Assembly: GCF_006345805.1 (NCBI RefSeq)
Contig: NC_043007.1
Coordinates: 74,586,001 to 74,650,000 of the forward strand
Source: Octopus sinensis
Lineage: Eukaryota
Length of the DNA stretch: 64,000 bases
Reading direction: 5' to 3'
Shown here piece by piece: positions 50,505 through 63,070 of this stretch; the first letter of the stretch is position 1; each line of letters begins with the position of its first letter. The translations under genes and the position numbers were made by a program. Below the pieces are notes generated by a model, which saw nothing but the letters and a program-made list of their open reading frames with translations, did no database searches and had not been told where the DNA came from.

Positions 50505-50768
50505 TCTCTTTACTCTTACTCTTTTACTTGTTTCAGTCATTTGCCTGCGGCCATGCTGGAGCACCGCCTTTAATCGAGCAACACGACCCCGGGACTTATT
50601 CTTTGTAAGCCCAGTACTTATTCTATCGGTCACTTTTGCCGAACCGCTAAGTGACGGGGACATAAAACACAGCATCGGTTGTCAAGCAATGCTAGGGGGA
50701 CAAACAAGACTCACAAACATACACGCAAACACACACACACACACACACGCGCACGCACACACATACAC

Positions 50769-50820
<52 letters not shown>

Positions 50821-50955
50821 AATATATACGACGGGCTTCTTTCAGTTCCGTCTACCAAATCCACTCACAAGAATTTGGTCGGCCGAGGCTATAGTAGACT
50901 GAACCCGGAACCATGTGGTTGGTAAGCAAGCCACTTACCACACAACCACTCCTGC
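50505..50955 (-). mobile_element. SINE family B
   Basis: Full inverted head and tail. Confidence 0.85.
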
Positions 50956-50957
50956 AA

Positions 50958-51004
<47 letters not shown>

Positions 51005-51421
51005 AAATTTAAAAATAAAAAACAAGAACACTCAAACCGAATGTTTTCTTTAGAACATTATGCTAATTTATCTAATCAGGATTCAGCCTGTGAGTGTCTC
51101 TGATGTCATTATTTGAGCAAATCAATTCGAATGGCAACATCTTTAGAACTTAAAATGGCGATCAAGTTTTTCCACAAAAGTCGCTTTGACACTGAAGAAA
51201 ATTCCAGAAGGCGGTGCCACAGCATGACCACTGCTCCCGAGATGAAGCTAGTAAAAGAGTAGAAAGATATATATGTATAGCAGTAAAAGTAGCATATAGG
51301 ACACTTCTCACGATCTTCAGGTGTCAAAGATTAAAACTTGGAAATACGGTGTAATTGGTATATGCATGCTATTACAAATTACACACACATGCACACGCAC
51401 ACACACATATATATGTAATGT

Positions 51422-51459
<38 letters not shown>

Positions 51460-51799
51460 TGTAAGAAAGAAAGAGAGAGAGGTGGAGAAAGTATTTTGTA
51501 AGATACTTAGGTAGATAAATAGATTACAGGTGGCTTGTTAGGACTTGTTAGTGCTATTGGTAACATAGAATCCAATTTGTTGCATGGTTGAGTCATCAGT
51601 GACTAACCCAGCCCCCCTTCCCCAGTAGGCCTTCCTTGTGAGTGGGGTTGCTAGAAACCCAGTAGGACTAAAAACAAGACCAGTCAAACAAAAGAGCGGA
51701 TGAATTTTGCGAAGGAGCAACGACTATCTATTTATAGCACGGAAACCTCAGAAATTAGGGGTTGGTGTTAGCGTGCTGGAAGACCAATGGGAGTGAGAC

Positions 51800-52250
51800 A
51801 GTTCTTTTATTTTGTTGAAGCGTGTCCCTAGGAGACGGTTACTCTGATATAAAATGGGATATGCAGGGAATGGCATTTGACATTATGGGGACCTTTTGCT
51901 TGCGCTCGAGATCAGGCGCCCCAACATTCTTCAGTCTATTACTTTACTCATCACAGGGATTCTACATCATTACTTTCCCTTCAGTAAACGGCCATAATGG
52001 GATTCCACCGAAGGATCTCCGGAGAAACAGTTACTCGACAGGCTGCCGAGCTCTGAGAACAGGGAGTCTCTCTCCAAGTCAAACCGCCACATTTCCAAAT
52101 TGAGAGATCACAGGTCTACTACTACGGACATCTGATTAGAATGTCATCGGAAAGAATCGCATGAAGGGGTCATCAAGCCAAGCCAGCCGGTAGAAGACCA
52201 AAGAATCCATTCGGAAAGTCTAATGACAGTAGCACCTGACTGGAACCTAT
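51800..52250 (+). mobile_element. RTE-like LINE 3' relic
   Basis: YYGHLIRMSSERIA resembles the RTE W.GHV.RM...R motif. Confidence 0.45.
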
Positions 52251-52564
52251 GGAGGAGGTGTTTGTGGATTTTAACTCCATAACCCTCCCAGGAATCGTAG
52301 GCAGAGATTACTGGATAGATAAATATGCATTCATTTTCCCGAACGAAAAATGTTTAACAAGGGACACAACTCCAACATAAATATTTAAGAATTATTTCCC
52401 TTGCATATATGCAGATTATTGATTTTTAAAATAGTTTTATGGTAATTAGTGAACAATAGCTGTGACTGTTACAAGTTTTAATCATTGGAAATCATTGTTT
52501 TAAGGTTTTCTTGCTGAAGTTTGCCCTATTAAAAGGGTGAATAATAATTCATACGAGAAAATAA

Positions 52565-52979
52565 GGCGGCGAGCTGGCAGAATCGTTAGCACGCCGGGCG
52601 AAATGCTTAGCAGTATTTCGTCTGCCGTTACGTTCTGAGCTCAAATTCCGCCGAGGTCGACTTTGCCTTTCATCCTTTCGGGGTCGATAAATTAAGTACC
52701 AGTTACGCACTGAGGTCGATGTAATCGACTTAATCCATTTGTCTGTCCGTGTTTATCCTCACTGTGTTTAGCCCCTGTGTGGGTAGTAAAGAAATAAGCA
52801 TTTCGTCTGCCGTTACGTTCTGAGCTCAAATTCCGCCAAGGTCAACTTTGCCTTTCATCCTTTCGGGGTCGATAAATTAAGTACCAGTTACGTACTGGGG
52901 TCGATCTAATCGAATTAATCCCTTTGTCTGTCCTTGTTTGTCCCAATTATGTTTAACCCCTTGTGGGTAGTAAAGAAAT
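52565..52979 (+). mobile_element. SINE family A dimer with 21-bp TSD
   Basis: ATAATAATTCATACGAGAAAA at 52541-52561 and 52980-53000. Confidence 0.9.
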
Positions 52980-53619
52980 ATAATAATTCATACGAGAAAA
53001 CGGCAATGTCCCACTGAGCCATTGACCGCTTCTTATTGTCTAAACACCATTTTCTCCGCTTATTTATGCTAATAGGGGTCAGGAGAGATTCAACGATTGC
53101 GACCAACTCCTGGTATCCAATACAATGGGGCTCACAACGAACAGCTTTTGTTAACACATGTCTGGCTCTACCGTTACTCTTCCTGCGGGAGTTCGATGGA
53201 TTTTAGATACGATACGTTTTACTATTAAGCGATCTTTCTGTGTGAACTTTTTCCTTCCATCCAGAATTACGCTCGCTAGAACTGGTTTGACCTTGATTTT
53301 GGAAAGCCAACATGATTCTAGAGACTGTAACGTTTCGAAATATTAAGCAATTCAGCAGTTTTAGTGACTAGACATCTAGCCATCTGCGTTCCAGCAAATT
53401 ATCCTCTTTAGAAATCATATAGGTCACGCATTTTAGCGCATTTAAATATAAATAGCTGCAAAAACAAAACAAAAAGAGGTTATATCATGGAGTATAAAGC
53501 ATGCATAATGCATATGGACTCATCTATACAGACTAAAATGGTTCTTCTAAATCTGTCAAATTGCCAATAGAAAGAAATGATTAAATATATTGTGGTGCTT
53601 CCATTATTTTGCCAACTCT

Positions 53620-54280
53620 CTGTATACATACATACATACATACATACACACATACATACATACATACATACATACATACATACATACATACATACATACA
53701 TACATACATACATACATACATACATACATACATACATACATACATGCAAGTATAAGTGTGTATATATAATACGATGTATATAATATTTATGTATGTATAC
53801 ATACATACATACATACATACATACATACATACATACATACATACATACATGCAAGTATAAGTGTGTATATATAATACAATGTATATAATATTTATGTATG
53901 TATATATACGTACATACATACCATACATACATACATACATACATACATACATGCATGTGTAAGTGTGTATATATAATACAATGTATATAATATTTATGTA
54001 TGTATATATACGTACATACATACATACATACATACATGCAAGTATAAGTGTGTATATATAATACAATGTATATAATATTTATGTATACATACATACATAC
54101 ATACATACATACATACATGCAAGTATAAGTGTGTATATATAATACAATGTATATAATATTTATGTATGCATATATACGTACATACATACATACATACATA
54201 CATACATACATACATACATACATACATGCAAGTATAAGTGTGTATATATAATATAATGTATATGATATTTATGTATGTAT
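53620..54280. repeat. Minisatellite of ~80-110-bp units built on (TACA)n
   Basis: GCAAGTATAAGTGTGTATATATAATAC block recurs about 6 times. Confidence 0.9.
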
Positions 54281-54559
54281 ATATGCAAAGGTAGATGTGT
54301 GCTCGCGCATGCGCTTGTGCAACAGGAACGAAACATATCGATATTTCGATATTGAATGCAACTCAAATGGGCTTTGGCTAATGGGAATAACAAACATCGT
54401 CGAAAAGTGTCGAAGTAAACCAGTCGTGGACAGCTGTATGGGTCCAGTCGATACTACCGAATGCATATAATAAAGATATTACGAATAAAAAGTATAAAAG
54501 CTAAAAATGGAGAACGCTTTCAATAGTTATAAATTAACCCAGCGAAAATGTACAGCGTG

Positions 54560-54745
54560 CTTATTACACAGGCAGGTACATATGGAATAAACTGCCTGCG
54601 TCAGTTGTTGACTGCCATGACACTGCATCCTTTAAGGCCCTCATGCTTTTCGAAATCCGTCGAAACTACACCTGATTATATATGCACTTTAGATGAGTTG
54701 TAGTGCACCTGAGCACTGTACACAATGTTTATTATTATTATTATT
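54560..54745 (+). mobile_element. CR1/L2-like LINE 3' end relic
   Basis: WNKLPASVVDCHDTASFK motif followed by an (ATT)n tail. Confidence 0.45.
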
Positions 54746-55029
54746 TAAAATGTTTTAAGGCCAATTAGATAGATTCGTTCAAACTGGGCCCCGCGCCAAG
54801 AGGAGGCCTCGTGCACACGCTCGAACGGAGGACGCCTATGATGGATTTTTAATATATCATTGTGGCTAATGGTGGAACCTCAAGCCCTCAACTCTTTTTT
54901 GGTTGGGACTGGCATACTGCACGAATCAAGAAACACCTATCTTCAGCTTTGCTGAGTAGAAGGCCCCACTGACAATCCTCTAATTGGGCTCGGCACTTGC
55001 TAGCGCCGGCCCGGTAGTTTTTTCTCATT

Positions 55030-55230
55030 CTTTTTACTTGTTTCAGTTATTTTACTGTGGCCATGCTGGAGCACCGCCTTGACCCACAGGACTTATTTCT
55101 TAAGCCTAGTACTTATTCTATAAGTTTCTCTTACCGAACCGCTAAGTTACGGGGACGCAAACACACCAAAACCGGTTGTCAAGCGGTGATGGTGAGGGGA
55201 ACACACATACACACACACACACGGAGTTTC
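55030..55230 (-). mobile_element. SINE family B, 3' half
   Basis: TTACTTGTTTCAG...GCCATGCTGGAGCACCGCC. Confidence 0.7.
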
Positions 55231-55395
55231 TGTGTTAACGATACGATGATTACAGCACTTCTTCAGCTGTCGCAAGTTTGTTGCTTTTCGTACCATCTAT
55301 CACAAAGTGCTTAAGTGCACCGGACATGCGACAGCTGAAGGGCAGAAATCATCACACACACACAAGCACAGACAGACAGATAGATACAGACACAC

Positions 55396-55439
<44 letters not shown>

Positions 55440-55539
55440 TATCATGTGATCGATCAGACAATCGGATGTTGTTATACATCGCTGATCACAATGCGCTTTG
55501 CATCGTTTTAGCTTTAGAATGCTGTTGCCCCACTGGCTA

Positions 55540-55735
55540 CGCATGCAGGCCAATTAATCCTCCTGATCGTAAGGCTACTCCGTCGGAGGGTTACTCGCTT
55601 ACAGCTGAGCAGACTGGCGCAAAGCGAAAGGAAGTTTTATGACCAAGAAAACAATGCGTAGCCGAGCTGGGAATCGAAACCACGATCCTAAGATCGCGAG
55701 TGCAACCCGCTTAACCACTTGCCCACGCGCCTTCA
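55540..55735 (-). mobile_element. tRNA-derived SINE (further family)
   Basis: Minus-strand head GAAGGCGCGTGGGCAAGTGGTTAAG...GGTTTCGATTCCC. Confidence 0.6.
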
Positions 55736-55931
55736 CATATGTAGATATATAAACACACATGGTTAAAAAGGTGGTGAAGTGACAGAATCATTTATTCCGA
55801 CGCTTTACGTTCTCTCCACACTCCTCACAACTTCGTACGTGTGTGTGTGTGTGTGTATATATATGTGTGTGTGTGTGTGTAATATATATATATATATACA
55901 CACACACATATATATATGAATATATTCATAC

Positions 55932-56158
55932 GGGCGGCGAGCTGGTAGAATCGTTAGCACACCGGACGAAATGCTTAGCGGTATCTCGCCTGCCGTTACG
56001 TTCTGAGTTCAAATTCCGCTGAGGTCGACTTTGCCTTTCATCCTTTCGGGGTCGATAAATTAAGTACCAGTTACGCACTGGGGTCGATGTAATCGACTTA
56101 ATCCGTTTATGTGTCCTTGTTTGTCCCCTCTGTGTTTAGCCCCTTGTGGGTAGTAAAA
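55932..56158 (+). mobile_element. SINE family A monomer
   Basis: Complete head plus one unit. Confidence 0.85.
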
Positions 56159-56389
56159 TTGTGCATAAAGCATATATATAAAGTGCTTTAGTAATCATCG
56201 TATTCTAATTTCTTTCACTTTTCAATTAATTGCAGATGAGCAACTTATCTTTCGATACAGACACAACACAAACTATCCTTTCAGGTTTTTGGGATAAAGT
56301 TTTCAGGAATAATCCAATAGGTTTACTATTAATTCCGTTAAATATTCACGGGTCCCGCTAGTTACTATTTCTTTTTTTTCTTTTTTTTC

Positions 56390-56604
56390 TTTTTACTTGT
56401 TTCAGTCATTTGACTGCGGCCATGCTGGAGCACCGCCTTTAGTCGAGCAAATCGACCCCAAGACTTATTCTTTGTAAGCCTAGTACTTATTCTATCGGTC
56501 ACTTTTGCCGATCCGCTAAGTTACGGGGACATAAACACACCAACATCGGTTGACAAATGCAGACGCATAAGCATTTACACACACAACAACACACACACAT
56601 ACAT

Positions 56605-56670
<66 letters not shown>

Positions 56671-56830
56671 TATATACGACGGGCTTCTTTCAGTTTCCGT
56701 CTACCAAATTCACTCACAAGGCTTTGGTCGGCCCGAGGCTATAGTAGAAGACACTTGCCCAAGGTGCCACGCAGTGGGACTGAACCCAGAACCATGTGGT
56801 TGGTAAGCAAGCCACTTACCACACAGTCAC
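56390..56830 (-). mobile_element. SINE family B, full length
   Basis: Inverted head and tail with a (TA)/(CA) middle. Confidence 0.85.
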
Positions 56831-57715
56831 TTCTGTGGCTGTGTTTGGTAAACGATAAGTTCATTATTCATTCGCAAGAATAGTATTCACAGTAACTTTG
56901 AAGTTTCGACCAGCTAAGCCATTCCATATGGTATTAAAAGAAGCGTGAATCCAAAGTAAATCGTAAATGCTCAAGAAAGCTGCTCTGTAATGCCGGCAGC
57001 ATTTCGAAAATATTTCATTGCTAAACAGTTCAATTTTATACTGCGTATATATATCTGCGTATTTATTTGGTACCCAGATATCGTATTATTTTTTTCATAA
57101 AAGCCATATCTTCCAATCTTAACTAGAATTATTTCTTGTTCTAATCTAATCTGAAAAACAAACGGCAAAAGCTGATAAACGACTGATATCATATTTTCCT
57201 CATCATCGCGTGTGACTGTTTCACATCTTTTAACCTTTTAGTTTTCCGTGTATTAAACAGTGAAATCACGTTGTCCAGTAGTTTGAGAATCGTGCTTACA
57301 ATCAATATGTCATCAGTTTGATTCTCGGATCGAGTGGTGCGTTGTATATTTGAACAAAGCATTTCATTTCATTTTACGGTGCACCAAAGCATTGGTTTGA
57401 AAATATGTACCAGCAGTTAATGGAGAATAACCGTGCGACGGACTGGCATCTCGTTCAGGAGACTGTAACAATATAAATGCCCTCTCCGCATTATCTTTCT
57501 TGAATTTGCAGGAACATGCTTGGCGTAAACCTGTTTGCACGGACCATTCTTGCAATATACACTCACTTTCTAACAAAATTGCTGGGAGGCAGCACTTCCC
57601 TCTCGGCCAGCAGCGAGATGATCTTCAAAATGGACTCAACTGATAGCCGGATCCGTCCTATGCGCAACGGCAGGTGTTGGTGGTGAGGACGGTGATGGCG
57701 GTCATACCTGCGTCA

Positions 57716-58106
57716 TCTCTCTCTATATAAAGCTGCAGTTGTCTGTGTATGGCAGGTTTGGTAGCCTTCAACTAACACTATCTCCTACGAGACCCTGCGG
57801 CGCAAGTTGAGCAAAATTGAGAATATGATAGAAGAAGGCTTGCTCTTCCTTCTGTAGAAGAAAAAATTCAAATCGGACCATGTTAACACCAAAAATTATT
57901 TACATAATAAAGGTGCTTTTTTTTCTATGAAAATCCCTATTTTTAACGATTTTTTTACTGCTGTGTCGTCATTTTTCGGTGTATTTCAACAAAAAATGTT
58001 CACTTAAAGAGAATAACAAGCTACATGAGGCAACATTTTTACTTTTCAAAAATTCCAAATCTAAAGAGTCGAAACAAACTCGAGCAACGCCGGGCAATAC
58101 TGCTAG
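57716..58106 (+). mobile_element. Non-autonomous Helitron-like element
   Basis: A|TC 5' end, GC-rich subterminal GAGCAACGCCGGGC and CTAG|T 3' end, no TSD. Confidence 0.65.
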
Positions 58107-58479
58107 TTTTTAGATATACCTTGCACATCGCTGCTGCTTCTGTTGGTTGTTATTGTTGCTGCTACTGCTGATGCTGCTTCCTGTGCATCGTTTTTCGACC
58201 ACATCTGCTAGCGGCAAGAAAACAATGCCATAGCAGCCATTCGAACAGCCATTGCTTCCCTCGATTCGGGAAGCCATATTGATATTTTTGATTTGAAATA
58301 TGAAATTCTCGCAAAACCAGCTCGCCCCGCTTGGAGCGAGTTGGGCTATTTTGTTAAAGAGTTCAACACAATTTGTAATACCAACTAATAAACGAACAAA
58401 TTTTAAAGAAAACTTACGAGGCCAGAACACACGCTCTCTTGCTACGGACAAAGACGAGCCAAAATAAATAAATAAATAA

Positions 58480-58660
58480 AATCCCTTAAAATTTGAAATT
58501 GCAAGAATTTGGAATACGAAAAGTGTGTGCTTATAAAAGGTTGTGCCTATAATATTGGGTACATTAAGAACTGTAAGCAATGATATAGACAAATGTTGAA
58601 AGAAATTGGAATAGAATGTCATGTGAAGCTAGAATGTCCTGTAGAGCTAGTGGCGGTGGA
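58480..58660 (+). mobile_element. RLE retrotransposon C-terminal relic; similar relic at 59195-59460
   Basis: KVVPIILGTL.TV and IDVAFPFD...LWKMKVK frameshifted peptides. Confidence 0.45.
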
Positions 58661-58676
58661 CAAGATGCACCACATG

Positions 58677-59178
58677 CGGCGAGAAACGTTAGCACGCCGG
58701 GCGAAATGCTTTGTGGTATTTCGTCTGGCGCAACGTTGTGAGTTCAAATTCCGCTGAGGTCGACTTTGGCGAGCTGGCAGAAACGTTAGCGTGCCGGGCG
58801 AAATGCTTAGCGGTATTTCATCTGGCGCAACGTTGTGAGTTCAAATTCCGCCGAGGTCGATTTGCCTTTCATCCTTTCGGGGTCGATAAATTAAGCACCA
58901 GTTACGCACTGGGGTCGATGTAATCGACTTAATACCTATGTCTGTCCTTGTTTGTCCCCTCTGTGTTTAGCCCCTTGTGGGTAGTAAAGAAATAGGTATT
59001 TCGTCTGCCGCTACGTCCTGAGTTCAAATTCCGCCGAGGTTGACTTTGCCTTTCATCCTTTTGGGGTTGATGAAACAAGTACCAGTTACGCACTGAGGTC
59101 GATATAATCGACTTAATCCCTTTTGTCTGCCCTTGTTTGTCCCCTCTATGTTTAGCCCCTTGTGGGCAATAAAGAAAT
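58677..59178 (+). mobile_element. SINE family A composite (duplicated head + 2 units) with 15-bp TSD
   Basis: AAGATGCACCACATG at 58662-58676 and 59179-59193. Confidence 0.9.
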
Positions 59179-59477
59179 AAGATGCACCACATGTGCTATA
59201 TAGTTGATGTTGCGTTCCCCTTTGACCCACAAATAGTCAAGAAGGAAGTCGAAATAATAGATATATGCAATCCTTTTATGCACGAAATAGCCCCGCTATG
59301 GAAAATGAAGGTGAAGACAATGCCAACTTTTGCTGGTCCCTTGGGGACAGTATCTGTAGGCATCAAAATAAATATAAAGGAAATCGGAATAGAATGACTA
59401 GTAGAACTGTTACAAAATGTTTTTCTCCTTTGACGGCCAAAATAATCAGGAAAGTATTAGATAGCTGAAAAGATGGA

Positions 59478-59857
59478 TGGAAGCACTCCGTCGGTTACGA
59501 CGACGAGGGTTCCGGTTGACCGATCAACGGAACAGCCTGCTCGTGAAATTAACGTGTAAGTGGCTGAGCACTCCACAGACACGTGTACCCTTAACGTAGT
59601 TCTCGGGGATATTCAGCGTGACACAGAGAGTGACAAGGTCGGCCCTTTGAAATACAGGTACAACGGAAACAGGAAGTAAGAGTGAGAGAAAGTTGTGGTG
59701 AAAGAGTACAGCAGGGATCACCACCATCCCTGCCGGAGCCTCGTGGAGCTTTAGGTGTTTTTCGCTCAATAAATACTCACAACGCCCGGTCTGGAAATCG
59801 AAACCGCGATCCTACGACCGCGAGTCCGCTGCCCTAACCACTGGGCCATTGCGCCTC
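59478..59857 (-). mobile_element. SINE family C, full length (~380 bp)
   Basis: Minus-strand head GGAGGCGCAATGGCCCAGTGGTTAGGGCAGCGGACTCG; same family as 35991. Confidence 0.85.
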
Positions 59858-59966
59858 CACAGCTGAAAAGAACAGATAACATGGTACCGTAGGTTGCAGG
59901 CAGTAAGCTCGCTACGCATGCAAGACTCCAGGAATTCCAACAAAATCTGAGTTAATAATAATAATG

Positions 59967-60000
<34 letters not shown>

Positions 60001-60009
60001 TAATAATTC

Positions 60010-60495
60010 TTTCTACTACAGGCACAAGGCTTGGATTTTTGTGGGGTGGGGGGTGGGGGACAATATATCACAGCGACCCCAGGACTTGACTGGTACTTAA
60101 TTTATCGACCCACAGAGGAAGAAAGGTAAAGTCGACCTCGGTGGAATTTGAACTCAGCACGTAGCAACAGATGAAATACCTATTTCTTTATTGCACACAA
60201 GGAGACAAACAAGGATAGACAAACGGATTAAGTCGATTATGTCGACTCCAGTGTGTAACTGGTACTTATTTAATCGTCCCCGAAAGGATGAAAGGCAAAG
60301 TCGACCTCGGCGGAATTTGAACTCAGAACGTAACGGCAGACGGAATACCTATTTCTTTACTACCCACAAGTCGATTATGTCGACTCCAGTGTGTAACTGG
60401 TACTTATTTAATCGACCCCGAAAGGATAAACGGCAGACGAAATACCGCTAAGCATTTCGTCCGGCGTGCTAACGTTTCTACCAGCTCGCCGCCTT
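60010..60495 (-). mobile_element. SINE family A multimer in (AAT)n
   Basis: Head CAGCTCGCCGCC at ~60482-60493, several inverted units. Confidence 0.8.
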
Positions 60496-60743
60496 AATAA
60501 TAATAGCAATGGTCTCAAGTTTTGCCACAAGGGCAGACATTTTTGTGGGAGGGGAGTTTCGGTTACATCACTAGGGCATAATTTATCGACTCCGAAAGAA
60601 TGAAAGTCAAAGTTGACCTCGACAACAACAACAAAAAATAACCTATAAATGAAGTACAATGAACACAAAAATAAATGCTCAAGTAGTTTTTATCATTTCG
60701 AACATTTTACAAGTATTTTTATTTGTCGTGGCAAACATTTGTT

Positions 60744-60826
<83 letters not shown>

Positions 60827-61042
60827 TAATATATATATATATATATATAGACATATAAATAATATATATATATATATATATGTTCACTTTAGAAACATAG
60901 CCTTCTAGCTTGTATTTTTCTATAATTTCCTTGATAGATGCATCAACTTACGGAAAATATTAAAATGTCAGCGATTTAGACGCAAGAAAAACATTTTCTA
61001 TGATCATTGATTATGTTGATCGCCGTCAACTCTACGACGCAA

Positions 61043-61579
61043 TCATGCTTTTACTTTATCATACGTCCCTTCGCCTTTATAGGCACCCACGTAACCACTG
61101 TTGTCTACCATCTCTTTTCGGCCAGTCATTCCCTTGCCTTTGCCTTCCTCATCAAAACGCTCTTTGTGTGTTCCAGTGTAACCAGCCACATCCGTAAGAC
61201 CGGCGACATTGCCAGTTTTTGATATTTTTACTTCTTTGACGTTTGGTCTCCCTTTTTTTAGCATTTCGACAAAGTCTTCGTAATATTTGTCCACCTGCGG
61301 GTCCCCTTCTGGCAGTTTGGGATTTTTTGACTTGTTCTTGGCATATTCATGTGCACAACCACGTATAAATAGGTGGAAGTTATTTATAAGGAGGAACTGT
61401 TTACCTTTCTCTTTGTATTTTGGGAATATAGAGGCATCTGCAATTGTTACAACTTCTTTTGGTAGACAGTCTTTCACCATTTTTGCACAAGCTTTAGAAT
61501 TCATTTGTTTTTCATCTTCAGGAGTCTTTGCACCTGCAAGCTTAGTGAACGCTCGAAAAACCTCATCTAATTCCGACAT
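61043..61579 (-). CDS. TPPP: Tubulin polymerization-promoting protein (TPPP/p25-alpha family), full length, intronless, 178 aa
   Basis: F..F...MNSK...KMVKDC, LTD..GYTGTHKERFD..GKGKG..GR and GYVGAYKGEGTYDK family motifs. Confidence 0.92.
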   Translation of the reverse strand: MSELDEVFRAFTKLAGAKTPEDEKQMNSKACAKMVKDCLPKEVVTIADASIFPKYKEKGKQFLLINNFHLFIRGCAHEYAKNKSKNPKLPEGDPQVDKYYEDFVEMLKKGRPNVKEVKISKTGNVAGLTDVAGYTGTHKERFDEEGKGKGMTGRKEMVDNSGYVGAYKGEGTYDKVKA

Positions 61580-61619
61580 TTTAGAAGTAAAGTAAATGAG
61601 CTCCGAATGTCACTGCGTC

Positions 61620-61762
61620 TATATCGTTACGCTGACTTTTTCTTTCTGTTCTAAAAGTGAGAACAGGGCTTGCTTTTACAAACAAATGTTTCTATTGATG
61701 ACGTAAAGAGCGTTTTCTAAAACACACGCCTTCATCATAAAAGAGCTTGCTATGTCATAATG
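61620..61762 (-). promoter_or_regulatory. Conserved upstream region of TPPP copy 2 with CRE/ATF-like TGACGTAA
   Basis: Blocks shared with 50262-50432 and with the inverted relic at ~62545-62665. Confidence 0.5.
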
Positions 61763-61887
61763 AATATCTCGTTAATATTTCAAATGAATCTCATTTAAGC
61801 CAAATTTTATACATCTGTAGGTAAAATTGGCGTACCCCAGAAGAAACTAAATATTTGTGCTAATCTTTTCAGCTGAATGATCTACCC

Positions 61888-62242
61888 AAGGGGTTCTCAA
61901 CCATATTTTTTTAATCTATGAACCCTTTTGATTACTATTTTATTCTGGTGGACTACCATCACCATTTGATGTTTAAAAACTAGTTTTATAGAAACTTCTT
62001 CCAAATTCCCTATTTTGTTACTTTTTTTCGCACATAACTTGCGTAGGCTGAACTGTGTAAAATGTTATAGAAAGAAACGTAGTTGTTTCTTGTAATATAT
62101 ACCAATATATACATTTAAAGCAAAATTTTTTCAGAGGCCCTTAAAATGTTATGATCCTCAATTTACTATTTTGTTGCGTGGACCTCGCAAAATCTTATAT
62201 GGACGCTCAGGGGACCAGATGAACCCCGGTTGAGAACCACAG
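61888..62242. mobile_element. hAT-type MITE
   Basis: TIRs .AGGGGTTCTCAAC / GTTGAGAACCAC.G; 8-bp TSD ATCTACCC / ATCTACTC. Confidence 0.75.
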
Positions 62243-62544
62243 ATCTACTCAATTTCTAATTTAGGCACGAGGTCAGCAATTTTGATGGGAGGTGAATTAG
62301 TTGATACCATCGACCAATACTTAAGCATATCGAGCCCCGAGAAAGGGAAAGTAAAATTTATCTCGACAAAATTTGAACTCGGAATTTAAAGAAGCGGAAG
62401 AATAACTCAAAATCATTTCCCCTTACATTTTTAATCAACCAGTGTCGGATTAACCTAAAAATAAGAGCAGAATATGCTGGGGTCTGCATTTTCAAGGGGA
62501 TCTCACTAAATACTTTATTACTATAGTTCTTAATCTCTTTGCCT

Positions 62545-62665
62545 TGTATCGTGATGCTTACGTCATCAATAGAAATATTCGTTTGTTTGTAAAACAGAAA
62601 GGAAAAGTCAGCGTAGCAATATAGACGTTGTGACATTCGTAACTCATTTACTTTACCTCTAAATT
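62545..62665 (+). pseudogene. Inverted relic of a TPPP promoter/5'UTR (third copy, no CDS)
   Basis: ATCGTGATGCTTACGTCATCAATAGAA...AGTCAGCGTAGCAATATAGACG...CTCATTTACTTTACCTCTAAA matches the reverse complement of the TPPP upstream regions. Confidence 0.75.
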
Positions 62666-62813
62666 TTTATGAACAACAGGGTATTTAAGGTCGATCCTCC
62701 CACGTGCCACACTTCCCAGATCCGTCTTTATGTTCGTCTTTACGTTCTGAGTTCAAATTCAGCCGAGTTGACATTGCCTTTCATTCTTTCAGAGTCGATG
62801 AAATGAAGTACCA

Positions 62814-63070
62814 GATCTTTTCGGTTTGAACGGCAGTTTTTTCTAGCGGTGTCATATGAAATTGTCACCCATAATTATGACCCTAGTATCGATCTATTGC
62901 ATTTCAATCTGCTTTAGGGTTAGGGTTAGTTAGGGTTAGGGGTGGGGGAAGGGTATCTTTTTTTCTTCACAAATGTAAATAAACCCAATCTGTTTCTTAA
63001 ACGAGGGACATCTTCATACGGCACAGAATGTTTTTTTTACCTCAATAGACGTCATTGATTGGTTGAAATA
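62814..63070. mobile_element. Partial inverted copy of the 215-654 element, inserted in a SINE A fragment
   Basis: GATCTTTTCGGTTTGAACGGCAG TIR and TTAGGG-like tract. Confidence 0.8.

Noticed and set aside
51109-51327. Hydrophobic 72-aa ORF resembling a membrane protein fragment
   Set aside because: Contains a decayed SINE B tail motif (CATGCTG.GGCACCGCC); no supporting exon structure.
54775-55015. Possible Harbinger-type MITE (GCCGGCCC end)
   Set aside because: Only one recognisable terminus and no TSD.
58110-58622. 170-aa minus-strand ORF
   Set aside because: Antisense to an RLE relic plus low-complexity sequence; no family motifs.
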